Shown: piece after piece, positions 9,537-18,275 of the stretch
Layout of the letters: each line of letters begins with the position of its first letter
Position numbering within the stretch: the stretch's first letter is position 1
IMG/VR virus record: IMGVR_UViG_3300044796_000596
Length of the DNA: 64,000 nt
DNA from: an uncultured virus (IMG/VR IMGVR_UViG_3300044796_000596)
Taxonomy: Duplodnaviria > Heunggongvirae > Uroviricota > Caudoviricetes
Strand: one strand, 5' to 3'
Program-made: the position numbers and the translations under genes
The notes under the pieces: model-generated
What the model was told of the DNA's origin: nothing
The model's input: only the letters and a program-made list of their open reading frames with translations
Database searches by the model: none

Positions 9537-11006
9537 TCAGATCCAGTACCCCTTGATCGTCGCCCCGACGGTGATCGCACCCGTCGTCGTCACGGCGGCA
9601 ATGTTGCGCGCCACGATCGCGATGTACTCGCCTGGGTTCACCGCGACCGGAGCCTGCGAGAGATCGAGATCGATCGGGACCGACGAACCGAGCGTGCCCA
9701 CCGCGGCCGTCGCCGGGTAGGTGTCGATGCCGATGAAAATCTTCCGCGGAGCCTTCGTCGTGCCGGTCGAGAAGGACGCGCCTTCGCCCGTCGCGAGCGA
9801 CACTGCGTTGTGCCCGAACGCAAGCTCGTAGAAATAGCTCACGGGACCGCCCGCCAGGATGACGCTGACGCACCCCTGGATTTGCACCCCGGTGCACATG
9901 AACGTGCGCGGGATCTGCGCGACGCCGCCCGCCGGCACCTGATACGAAAACAGGAGTCCGTCGTCGTTGACGGCGTAGGTCGGCAGGATGGCCGCGATGC
10001 CGCCGAGGCCGGTGACGTTGGCCGTGGTGTTGTTGAGGACCGCCGCAGCCGGGCCCGAGCCTGCGGCCGAGTTGGGGAGCGAAGCCGTCGAGCCCGGCGT
10101 GCCGCCCTCCCCGCCCTGGTAGCCCATGAGGCCCGCAGCCGCCTGAACCTGGGCGAACGGCATCCCCATGTCGAGGTCGTCCTGGACGACGTTGACGGCG
10201 GCGACCTTCATCTGGGCCTGCGCGCCCGTGATCGCGCCCTGGTTGCGCTGCTGGAAGCACCACGGCAGCGCGAGCGAGGAGAACGGCGCGCCCTGCCCGC
10301 TCGGCGTGGCGATCGTCGCGACGAGGACGTTGCTGATCCAGAACTCCGTCAGGGTCGTGGTGACGTTGATGCCGCACGTGTAGAGGATGCCGGCCTGAAG
10401 CACGCCGCCGTTGCCCGTGCCGAAGAAGCCGGCCGGCAACTGGACCTGGGTCTCCGTGCCGTTGTAGTTGATGATGCAGAGCGTGAAGCCCGTGTTGATG
10501 CGGAAGTACGCGCCGTCCGCGGGGAGCGTGGTCGTCGTCGCCTTGAAGAAGCCGAACTCCAGGAGCTGCCCGGCTTCGAGCTGGTTCGAGGCCACGATCA
10601 TGTTCTGCTGGCCGTACATCTCGGCCTGGCCCATGAGCTTGAAGTAGCGGCAGCTCTGGAGGCTGCATCCCGTCGCGGTCGTCGCGGTCGAGTTGGCGTT
10701 GCAGAGGACGGTGCCGCCGCCCTCCGTCATCGTCATGGTCGTGAAGGCGCAGAGCCACTGGCCGGTCGCCTGGGCGGCCCCGTTGAAGTTCCAGTCGAAC
10801 GTCGGCGTGCAGCGACCGACCGCGAGGCGGTAGTCGTCCGACGCGTACGCGTCCTTCACCGTGTTCGTGCCCGTCACCTGCCCCGAGTCATCGCGGAACG
10901 TGATGGCGACGAAGCCAGCCTGCGTGTCGAGGGCCGGAGTGTTGACCGCGACGGACGTCGCGGTGACGGGATCAAGCGGGGCTACGATGTCGGCGTCGAG
11001 AGCCAT
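9537..11006 (-). CDS. putative virion structural/tail-associated protein
   Basis: 489 aa, T/A/G/N-rich beta-type composition; adjacent to fibre-like genes. Confidence 0.55.
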   Translation of the reverse strand: MALDADIVAPLDPVTATSVAVNTPALDTQAGFVAITFRDDSGQVTGTNTVKDAYASDDYRLAVGRCTPTFDWNFNGAAQATGQWLCAFTTMTMTEGGGTVLCNANSTATTATGCSLQSCRYFKLMGQAEMYGQQNMIVASNQLEAGQLLEFGFFKATTTTLPADGAYFRINTGFTLCIINYNGTETQVQLPAGFFGTGNGGVLQAGILYTCGINVTTTLTEFWISNVLVATIATPSGQGAPFSSLALPWCFQQRNQGAITGAQAQMKVAAVNVVQDDLDMGMPFAQVQAAAGLMGYQGGEGGTPGSTASLPNSAAGSGPAAAVLNNTTANVTGLGGIAAILPTYAVNDDGLLFSYQVPAGGVAQIPRTFMCTGVQIQGCVSVILAGGPVSYFYELAFGHNAVSLATGEGASFSTGTTKAPRKIFIGIDTYPATAAVGTLGSSVPIDLDLSQAPVAVNPGEYIAIVARNIAAVTTTGAITVGATIKGYWI

Positions 11007-11039
11007 GGTTCCTCAATTCAGTTCCAATTCAGTTCCAGT

Positions 11040-11756
11040 TCAGTTCCAGTTGAATCGCAGGGCGAATTGGCCCACGAACTTCTGCGTGCTGCGCGCGTTG
11101 ATCGGGAAGCCGACTCCGGCCGTGACGACGCCCGCGGTGAGCCCGACGAGCGCCGCCGCGTACGCGTGGTCGTTCGGGGTGTGCCCGCCGATGGTCACGT
11201 CGGACATGAAAAAGACCTGCACCGCCGAGGTCGAGAGGATCGTGGTCTGCCCCGTCACGGTGACCGTCGCCTCGTTCGATCCGGGAAGCGGGCCGAAGTC
11301 GAGGGTCGCCGTCCCGATGTTCCCGGCGTTCGTCCCGTTCGTCCCGTTCGTGCCCGGGGCGCCGGTGTTGCCCTTGAGCCCGAGGCGCCCGCCATCGGGG
11401 GACATGACGTACCAGCCAGCGCCGGCGCCCTCGTAGTAGAGGCCCCACCCCGCCGGCAGCGCGACCGTAATCTCCGTCACGGCGGTCGTGCCGTCGAAGT
11501 TTTGGACGGTGACCTGACACGTGACGCTCGCGTCCGTGTTGAGCAGCGAGATTTTGTTGACGTTGCGCTGGAACGAGGCCGCCGGACCCATCACGAGAGG
11601 CACGGTCCCCGCGGCGGCGACGATCTGATTCGGCGCGACGCCGGGGTCGTAGGCGTTCGCGGGCCCCGCGTCGACGTACGACGCCGTCACGGCGATGGCC
11701 TGCGCCCCGCCCGTGATGAGGTTGATCTGAGCCGTGGGGACGTCGAGCTGGATCAC
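11040..11756 (-). CDS. putative tail fibre-like protein with short collagen-like G-x-y run
   Basis: GLKGNTGAPGTNGTNGTNAG motif; beta-rich composition. Confidence 0.55.
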   Translation of the reverse strand: MIQLDVPTAQINLITGGAQAIAVTASYVDAGPANAYDPGVAPNQIVAAAGTVPLVMGPAASFQRNVNKISLLNTDASVTCQVTVQNFDGTTAVTEITVALPAGWGLYYEGAGAGWYVMSPDGGRLGLKGNTGAPGTNGTNGTNAGNIGTATLDFGPLPGSNEATVTVTGQTTILSTSAVQVFFMSDVTIGGHTPNDHAYAAALVGLTAGVVTAGVGFPINARSTQKFVGQFALRFNWN

Positions 11757-11968
11757 GAGGGACCGCCAAGCGCGACCCGCGCGACCCGCGCGATACGCGT
11801 GACCCGCGTGACCCGCGTGACCCGCGCGACACGCGTGACCCGGGCCCGAAGCCCAGCGAGCGCGGAGACGCGCGGGCAGAGCTTCACGGGAAAATCAAAG
11901 CTCGTAGATGCCGGTGGGCGTGAGCGGCGTCGAGCGGTACAGTCCGTTCTGGAGCATCCAAGAGCGCA

Positions 11969-12526
11969 TCACGCCACCTTTTGGGGAGACGCCTTCGGGG
12001 CTGGCGCTACGGGGGCCACGGGCGCTGCCACGGCGGGCACGGAAGCCACGGGGGCGGGGGCGGGCGGACCGGCGAGAACAGGCGCCACCGACGTAGGCGC
12101 GACCGGCGCAGGCGCCGCTACGGGCGTCGGGGCCGCCGCTACGGGTGCCGGTGACCGGGCTGCGAGAACAGGCGCCGCTACGGGTGCAGGCGCCGCTACG
12201 GGTGCAGGCGCCGCTACGGGCGCAGGCGCCGCTACGGGCGCAGGCGCCGCTACGGGGGCGGGCGCCCGGGCCGCGGGGGCACCTGAGGGCGGACCGTCCC
12301 AGATGCTGGCCGCGCGGATGGTGATGTCGGTCACCTTCCAGGCTTGCTCCATCGACGCGATTTCATGGGGAGGCGAACGAAACACGTGATGCACATGCGT
12401 GCGCGTCGCCGCGAGGACGCTCGCGTGCGTCGACTCCTTCATGCGCCCGGCCGCGACTTCCTCGATCTCTCGCGCTGCTTCGCGCCGGTAGAGGACGAGG
12501 ATCTCATCCTTGGTCGGGATGCTCAT
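11969..12526 (-). CDS. hypothetical protein with Ala/Pro-rich repeat tail
   Basis: ATG 12526; 18-bp in-frame repeats (APAPVA)n. Confidence 0.6.
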   Translation of the reverse strand: MSIPTKDEILVLYRREAAREIEEVAAGRMKESTHASVLAATRTHVHHVFRSPPHEIASMEQAWKVTDITIRAASIWDGPPSGAPAARAPAPVAAPAPVAAPAPVAAPAPVAAPAPVAAPVLAARSPAPVAAAPTPVAAPAPVAPTSVAPVLAGPPAPAPVASVPAVAAPVAPVAPAPKASPQKVA

Positions 12527-12644
12527 GATGGCGCACGGTAGCATTGACGCGGACGCGCTCCTACAGCCAAGTGACCGTGGATCGTCCGTAGATCGCCGCG
12601 TTACGTCCGGAACTTCCGCGGCCGGAACGCCCTCGCCACTCGGC

Positions 12645-12688
12645 CAGATTCCTGCCAGATTCCTACGAGATTCCTACCGGACTCCTAC
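12645..12688. repeat. 4 x 11-bp intergenic tandem repeat (consensus agattcctac)
   Basis: cagattcctgc cagattcctac gagattcctac cggactcctac. Confidence 0.8.
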
Positions 12689-13683
12689 GAAAGAGCAGCG
12701 ATCCCGACGCCGTCCGGCGTCACCACGGCGAAATTCGTGCGTCCGTAGGTCCATGATCCCACGTCCACGAGCGGGATTCTCCGGCCGACGTCCACCTGGC
12801 ACCAGGAGATCCCAGGCCGGTGGGAGTGCCCCACGATCGCGAGGTCGAGCGGCTGGAGCACGCTGCGCTCCCAGTCGAGGAGCGGCTCACCGAGCTGCTC
12901 GGCGCCATCGCGTACGGTCCAAGGCGCCGTCCAGCCCGCCGGGGGGGAGACTCCCGGAGGCGCGGCGGGCCACGCGAGGCTCGTCTGCTCCGGCGTCTCG
13001 AAGATGGGATCGGCGAGGCTCTTGTCGAAGTACCGCTCGAGGGCCTCCACCGCGCCGCCGAGCACGGGCATGTCGCTCAGCGACTGCAGGAGCGAGAGGA
13101 GCCACGTCTGGTAGCTCACGTCGAGCTCGACATCGCGGAGCGACACGAGGTCGTTGCCGTGGCACGCCACCACGCCCGGCCCGAGCGCGCGGACGATGTG
13201 CGCGTTGATTCCGAGCTTCGGGAGGATGTCCCGGTGGTTGTAGAGCTCGTGGTCATGGTTGCCGATGCAGTGCAGCAGCGGGATGGCCTGCGCTTTCGCG
13301 TGCGCGCCGGGGTAGGCGTCGAGCACGATCGCGAGCCGCGCCTCGAAGGGGTCGGCCGGATCGCTCGACCGCATCACGTCGTAGTAGTCCCCGAGCTGCA
13401 CGGCCGCGAAGCGGAGCCCCAGCGCGTGCAGGTTGTCCCGGAGCGCGCTCGTGACGTCGAGAAATCGCTCCAGACGTCTCACACGCAGGATGTCGTTCTC
13501 CTGGAACACGTCGCCAGGACCGATGCCGAGGTGCACGTCCGGAATCACGATCGCCACGTCCACGTCGAGCGCGAGCGGCGCCGGCGCCGTCGCGATCATG
13601 GGAGCGTTCGCGGAGGGCTCGACGAGCCACTGGAACGGCATGTCGCGCGCGGCGAAGAAGCTCTGGACGTCGGCGAGATTCAC
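12685..13683 (-). CDS. calcineurin-like metallophosphoesterase
   Basis: DVHLG, GDYYD, GNHD, HG and GHSH motifs in canonical order. Confidence 0.85.
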   Translation of the reverse strand: MNLADVQSFFAARDMPFQWLVEPSANAPMIATAPAPLALDVDVAIVIPDVHLGIGPGDVFQENDILRVRRLERFLDVTSALRDNLHALGLRFAAVQLGDYYDVMRSSDPADPFEARLAIVLDAYPGAHAKAQAIPLLHCIGNHDHELYNHRDILPKLGINAHIVRALGPGVVACHGNDLVSLRDVELDVSYQTWLLSLLQSLSDMPVLGGAVEALERYFDKSLADPIFETPEQTSLAWPAAPPGVSPPAGWTAPWTVRDGAEQLGEPLLDWERSVLQPLDLAIVGHSHRPGISWCQVDVGRRIPLVDVGSWTYGRTNFAVVTPDGVGIAALS

Positions 13684-13997
13684 GTGGAACGATCTTTCGC
13701 AGGAGCCTTCGAAGAATCCCAGCCGTCGAGCCGGACCCATTCGTGAAACGTGCAGTTCGTGCCTGGACAGACGTAGCTCGGAAAGAGCGCGCCGTCATCG
13801 GCGATCCGGTGCACCGTGGAGACGATCCGGGACGAATGGCCGTACGGGCACGTCACGTTCACGAGGTCGTGCTGGAAGGCGCCTTGGCGGCATTTCGGAT
13901 CGCTGCTCGCGTAGTCCCACGTCTGCGTCGGCGGCAGGACACCGTGATCGGGGAAGCGCTGGTCGGCGTGCGCAAAGACGATCAACACGATCAACAC
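13680..13997 (-). CDS. small Cys/His protein, DUF6527-like
   Basis: CPxGH...LFPSYVCP..CTFHEWV. Confidence 0.5.
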   Translation of the reverse strand: MLIVLIVFAHADQRFPDHGVLPPTQTWDYASSDPKCRQGAFQHDLVNVTCPYGHSSRIVSTVHRIADDGALFPSYVCPGTNCTFHEWVRLDGWDSSKAPAKDRST

Positions 13998-14323
13998 ATC
14001 CGCACATCGCCATCCGTGACGAAGAAGTGCGCCATGCACCCGCTGGTGATCTGCACGGACGAGGAGGATGCGCGGAGCGTGAGGTCATCGATCCCGGTCC
14101 CGAGAATCTCCCAGCGACCCGGCCCGGGCGACAGGCTCGGCGGGACGCCGGGCGTCCAGCAGAGGACCGAGTGCACGCCCTCCGCTTGGCTCCCGTTCTC
14201 GAGGAAGCACTTCGGACAGAGGAACCAGACGCCCTGCGCGTCCGCGATCGCGACGTCGGCGTAGCGGTAGGTCGTCTCGTCCTCGACGATCAGAAGCTCG
14301 GGGCAGAGATCGCGAAACTTCAT
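13991..14323 (-). CDS. small Cys/His protein, DUF6527-like
   Basis: FLCPKC...RWEILG...DLTL...SV...CMAHFFVTDG. Confidence 0.6.
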   Translation of the reverse strand: MKFRDLCPELLIVEDETTYRYADVAIADAQGVWFLCPKCFLENGSQAEGVHSVLCWTPGVPPSLSPGPGRWEILGTGIDDLTLRASSSSVQITSGCMAHFFVTDGDVRMC

Positions 14324-14592
14324 GCCTGAATCCACTTCCCTTCGCGGATGAACCCGTGGTGCTGGCACGCCGTGCACAGGAGCGACGGCGAGAGAGTGAG
14401 AGGATCCTCGCTCAGGAGATCCCACCCGTCCGGCCACTCGGGCTTCACGGAGACGAAGTCTTCCGAGTCCGGGCGGCCGTTGCACGTGTGCCAGTAGGCC
14501 ACGCCGTGGATCACGTCTCCGATGCGCCGCACCTGCGCGCGCACGCCGTGCCCAAGGTCGCGCAGAGGGTCGGGCCCCGGGTCGATGATCAC
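14320..14592 (-). CDS. DUF6527-like protein
   Basis: W...PLTLSPSLLCTACQHHGFIREGKW. Confidence 0.65.
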   Translation of the reverse strand: MIIDPGPDPLRDLGHGVRAQVRRIGDVIHGVAYWHTCNGRPDSEDFVSVKPEWPDGWDLLSEDPLTLSPSLLCTACQHHGFIREGKWIQA

Positions 14593-14774
14593 GGCTCCTC
14601 GGTCGGGGGGTCGATCGGGAGGTCGATCGGGCCGCCGTCGCCCCTGCGCGGAGGTGCATCGCGCCAATGGGCCGCGATCCCCGGCGCGCCCTCGGCGAGC
14701 AGAAGATGTCCGCACCCGAGCCCGCAACCGAGAAGCAGCGCCGCACCGAAGACGCCAAGGACGACCGCCCTCAC
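14589..14774 (-). CDS. small putative lipoprotein/membrane peptide
   Basis: GTG overlapping the upstream stop; hydrophobic N-terminus ending LLLGC. Confidence 0.4.
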   Translation of the reverse strand: MRAVVLGVFGAALLLGCGLGCGHLLLAEGAPGIAAHWRDAPPRRGDGGPIDLPIDPPTEEP

Positions 14775-14908
14775 GATCGGCCCTCGTCGCGCTCGTGGCG
14801 CTCGTCGCGCGCGCGCACCGTACGCACCGTACGCACCGTACGCACCGGCCAGAAAGCCAAGCCCAGTCCGACGACCACGATGGCGACGACGATCCAGAGG
14901 AGGCCCAT
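14771..14908 (-). CDS. small single-TM protein
   Basis: MGLLWIVVAIVVVGLGLAFW followed by a charged tail. Confidence 0.5.
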   Translation of the reverse strand: MGLLWIVVAIVVVGLGLAFWPVRTVRTVRTVRARDERHERDEGRS

Positions 14909-14940
14909 GGCGTTTGCTCCGGCTGCGCAGACCTTGCGGC

Positions 14941-15579
14941 CTACTGCGGCGCGATCCCCTCCCACGAAAGAGAGAGGGCGAGAAGCCGATAGTAGCACGC
15001 GCCCGAGGGCGTTTCCGCCGCGCGCTCCGGACGATGCAGGCCGGGATCGTCGTAGAAGAGCAGATGCACGGCGAGGCCGCTTGCCCACGCGCGGTACTGG
15101 CGGTTGGGGCACGCGGACGGGCCACATGGCGGCGCCCTCACCCCGAGGGGCTCCTCGACGAGCGGTCCAGGGAACGCCGGGCAGACCTCGCGCGGCTGCC
15201 CGTCCACGGTGCCGCTCCCGCGCACGATCGCCGTCATGTCGTCGATGGGGTCGTCCGGAAGAAATGGCGCGCGCGCGTTCGGCACGTTCGGCGCGTTCGG
15301 CCCATCCGGCCCATCCGACGCGAGAAGTTTGCCCGCGCACCGGACCGGGGAAGGGTGCGACGGCGCGACCCGGACGGGCTCGAGGACGGGGTTCTCGGCG
15401 GCTGTGGAGAGCTCCGCTCCGCGCTGGCTCGCGACGAGCACGCACCGCTCCATCTTCCGGCTGGTCGGGCACCCCGTGAGCACCGTGAGCACCGCGAGCA
15501 CCGTGAACGCCGTGAGCGCGAGCGCCAAGGCGCTCAGGAGGGACCGGAGGTTCCGGAGGAGGCGAGGTTGCGGGGTCAT
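14941..15579 (-). CDS. putative lipoprotein
   Basis: Basic N-terminus, hydrophobic helix, lipobox LTGC. Confidence 0.6.
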   Translation of the reverse strand: MTPQPRLLRNLRSLLSALALALTAFTVLAVLTVLTGCPTSRKMERCVLVASQRGAELSTAAENPVLEPVRVAPSHPSPVRCAGKLLASDGPDGPNAPNVPNARAPFLPDDPIDDMTAIVRGSGTVDGQPREVCPAFPGPLVEEPLGVRAPPCGPSACPNRQYRAWASGLAVHLLFYDDPGLHRPERAAETPSGACYYRLLALSLSWEGIAPQ

Positions 15580-15827
15580 TGGAGGGGGACCTCCATGGCG
15601 CACGAGACGCGAAGCGCGAGCCGCCCGGCCGCCGTGGCCGTGTAGACGTCCCAGACTTCTCCGTCCCGGTCGACCTGCTCCTCCACGGTCACGCGACCGC
15701 ATCGCATGAGGTCCCGGAGCACGACGTCCTCCCGGTCGTCGATCTCGTGGAGCACATCGCCGAGCACCGGGGACGCTGCGGCAACGTTCGCGAGGATCTC
15801 CCACTCCGAGGTCGTCAACGCTCTCAT
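15576..15827 (-). CDS. hypothetical protein (possible wHTH)
   Basis: ATG overlapping the upstream stop; Y.xT.aG.x.L ending. Confidence 0.5.
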   Translation of the reverse strand: MRALTTSEWEILANVAAASPVLGDVLHEIDDREDVVLRDLMRCGRVTVEEQVDRDGEVWDVYTATAAGRLALRVSCAMEVPLQ

Positions 15828-16465
15828 GCCGCTCCTGCTCCCGCCCCTGCCGCTTGGAGAAACAGCGCCTTCTGCGCAGCGTTCCTCCCAACGAGCCCGG
15901 GCCCCTTCATCGCGCACTGTGCCGCCGCCCCGGGCCAATCCTGACGGCTCACCGCGGCATGGAGATGCGGCCACTCGGGCGACGTGAGCCCGGGGTCTTC
16001 GGGGCCTACGCCGAGCGCCCACGCCATCCCCGCAAGAGCTTGCTGGGCGGCGGGCGGAAACGTCGAGAAGGCCGGCCAGAAGCGCGCGAGCACGGCAACG
16101 TCCGCGTCGAGGCGCTGAAACACAAGCGCCTCGATCGCGTCGTCGGCGAGCGCGAGCGCGTGGAGCGCATCGGGGTTCCGGTAGTCCACTGCGAGAAGGC
16201 CCCCCGGCATGGCGCGCACACGCGCCCACTCGGCCGCGATCGCGGATGCGGACGCCGGCGATCCATCCGAGAGCCGGAACGGGAGCGCGAGGGCATCGTC
16301 GAGGCTCTGAATGGCGCAGCCCACGCCGATGGTCATGATCGCCACGGGCTTGTGGGCGTCGAGGTAAAGCTCGTTTTCCCAGCCTTCCCACGGCTCGGAC
16401 CAGCGAGGAAAGGCGGCGCGGACCCCAGGATCGAGGATCGTGAGAATCGTCGTCGCGCTGCTCAC
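15824..16465 (-). CDS. phage lysozyme-like muramidase (GH24/T4L-like)
   Basis: WEG...LYLD...MTIGVG catalytic-like pattern; QQAL..MAWALG, W..AA..C, RN..ALF. Confidence 0.7.
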   Translation of the reverse strand: MSSATTILTILDPGVRAAFPRWSEPWEGWENELYLDAHKPVAIMTIGVGCAIQSLDDALALPFRLSDGSPASASAIAAEWARVRAMPGGLLAVDYRNPDALHALALADDAIEALVFQRLDADVAVLARFWPAFSTFPPAAQQALAGMAWALGVGPEDPGLTSPEWPHLHAAVSRQDWPGAAAQCAMKGPGLVGRNAAQKALFLQAAGAGAGAA

Positions 16466-16853
16466 GGTAGCCCCATTCTGCGGAGAGCCCGCTGCTCGGC
16501 CATGTGGCCGAAGCAGGCCGCCCATGCGCGGCCGATGTCCTCGAAGCCGCGTCGAATGTCGTCGAGTCCTTTGACGAGGCCACGGCTCCACACGATGCGC
16601 CGCGCGAGGTGGCCGACCCTCGGCCTCGCACGGAGCCGACGCACGCGGCGGGAGCCGAACGACGTCACGGCAGCGCCCCGAGCGCGGCCACGAAGTCGCT
16701 TGAGGCTTGAGGCGCAGTTCGAGGCGCAGCGGCAGCATGGTTCGCGCTCGCGTCCGCGCCCGCACACGACGATCGACACCGAGGACACATCCCGAGAATA
16801 CCTCGTTTCGTCCTGGGTTCAATGCTGCATGGCGAGACGCCCGACGCCCGTCG

Positions 16854-17516
16854 TCATGTTTTCTTGCTCCTGCCGCCCTTGATCACGCGAAGGACGGGGC
16901 GCGCGTCCGGCTTGGTCCGCGGCGCCTCGACGCATGCCTTGCAAAATCGATCGTCGCCGCTTCCGTTGCGGCCGTGCCGGTACGCCGACGTGCCCGTCGG
17001 GATCTCGGCGGAGCAGGCTGCGCATCGTCTCGGGCGCGGGCTCGCACGACGCACCCCCGCCTGGTAGCGCGCGAGCGGGGTCTCCTGGTTCATGTACCGG
17101 ACGAAGTACGCGCCATCCCGACACACGAAGGAGAAGCGATCGATCCCGGCGAGGTGCGCACGGCGCGCGCGGGATTGAAACGCCAGGAACTGCAGCGACT
17201 CCAGCATCTGGCTCGCCTCGTACGGGCTCATCGTGCTGGCCGTCGCCTGGTCCACCGCGAAGGTCACCGATCCTTCGCGGTTCACGTGGCCGCAGTACCG
17301 CACGCCTCCGTTGGGTGGCTTTCGGTGAAACTCCGTCCCGTCGTACATCGTTCTCGGCGGCCAGAAGAGCTCGGTCGCAGCGCCTTCGCAGAGCTCGTAC
17401 GTCTCGCAGCCCGGGCACCACACGACATGACCGTCCTGCACGTCGGACGCCACGGCATGGAGAAACGGGAGCCCGCAGCGGCAGGCGACGCCGCGGTAGA
17501 CGAGATGGACCACCAT
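16854..17516 (-). CDS. hypothetical Cys-rich (Zn-binding) protein
   Basis: Several CxC/CxxC motifs. Confidence 0.5.
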   Translation of the reverse strand: MVVHLVYRGVACRCGLPFLHAVASDVQDGHVVWCPGCETYELCEGAATELFWPPRTMYDGTEFHRKPPNGGVRYCGHVNREGSVTFAVDQATASTMSPYEASQMLESLQFLAFQSRARRAHLAGIDRFSFVCRDGAYFVRYMNQETPLARYQAGVRRASPRPRRCAACSAEIPTGTSAYRHGRNGSGDDRFCKACVEAPRTKPDARPVLRVIKGGRSKKT

Positions 17517-17551
17517 CTGGATACTCAGGACTGGGCGAAATCAGACCGAGA

Positions 17552-18103
17552 TCAGACCGAGATCCACCCGACGATCGTCTCGACGGTGTCCTTGATCGAC
17601 CGCGCTGCGAGCGTCACGGCGCCGGGCACGCCTTGGTTGCCGCCGATGCAGTCCCACACGCCGTCCCCGATCGTCTCCTTCACGAAGCAGACGTGGCCGA
17701 GGCCCCCCGTGCGCGGATCCTCGCCATCCCGCGCGAGGATGCAGAGGTCGCCAGGGCTTGGGGCGTAGCCCTCGCTCACGTCGTGCCAGGTGTTCGTCGC
17801 CTTGGCGTCCGTGACGAGCTCGGAGACAGCGGCACGGTAGCCGATCGTCGGAAGCGGTGCGGGCGGCGGGGCCGTCCAGTGCTGCGCAAGCGTCGGATCC
17901 AGGTTGGCGCCCGTCCACACGCAGAACGACGCGAAACTCGCGCACCAGTTGACGCCGAAGAGGTGCAGGAGCGCGCCGCGCCGAACGCAGAACGAGACGT
18001 ACTTGTCGACCTCGGGCCCGCGATGGATGCCCCCCTGCTCACGGACGTGGGCATCGAGGGCTTGCCGGGCAATCGCAAGGGCAGCGTCTCCGAGATCGCT
18101 CAT
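17552..18103 (-). CDS. CHAP-domain peptidoglycan hydrolase
   Basis: NWCASF, PSPGDL, GHVCFV and IGGNQ motifs. Confidence 0.8.
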   Translation of the reverse strand: MSDLGDAALAIARQALDAHVREQGGIHRGPEVDKYVSFCVRRGALLHLFGVNWCASFASFCVWTGANLDPTLAQHWTAPPPAPLPTIGYRAAVSELVTDAKATNTWHDVSEGYAPSPGDLCILARDGEDPRTGGLGHVCFVKETIGDGVWDCIGGNQGVPGAVTLAARSIKDTVETIVGWISV

Positions 18104-18275
18104 AGTTTCGGGATCCTATCACGCGCGGGCCGGGACAAGGAACGCGGCGGGACGTGAAGCGATCCCCAATTTCAAAAGATCAGGAATCGACAGGGGGATC
18201 GTTTTCGGGCATACGTGGGCCCATAGGCGCGCAGGCGCGCCAGAGTTTCGGGGAAGGGACAGAAGGGACACGTCG

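Noticed and set aside
5731..9720. Long Arg-rich ORFs (1329 aa on + and others) over the repeat gene
   Set aside because: Shadow frames of GC-rich repetitive DNA; the minus-strand 5965-9399 frame has the protein-like composition.
17904..18275. N-terminal extension of the first sigma ORF
   Set aside because: Overlaps the divergent CHAP gene and its promoter; a later start near 18276 is more plausible.
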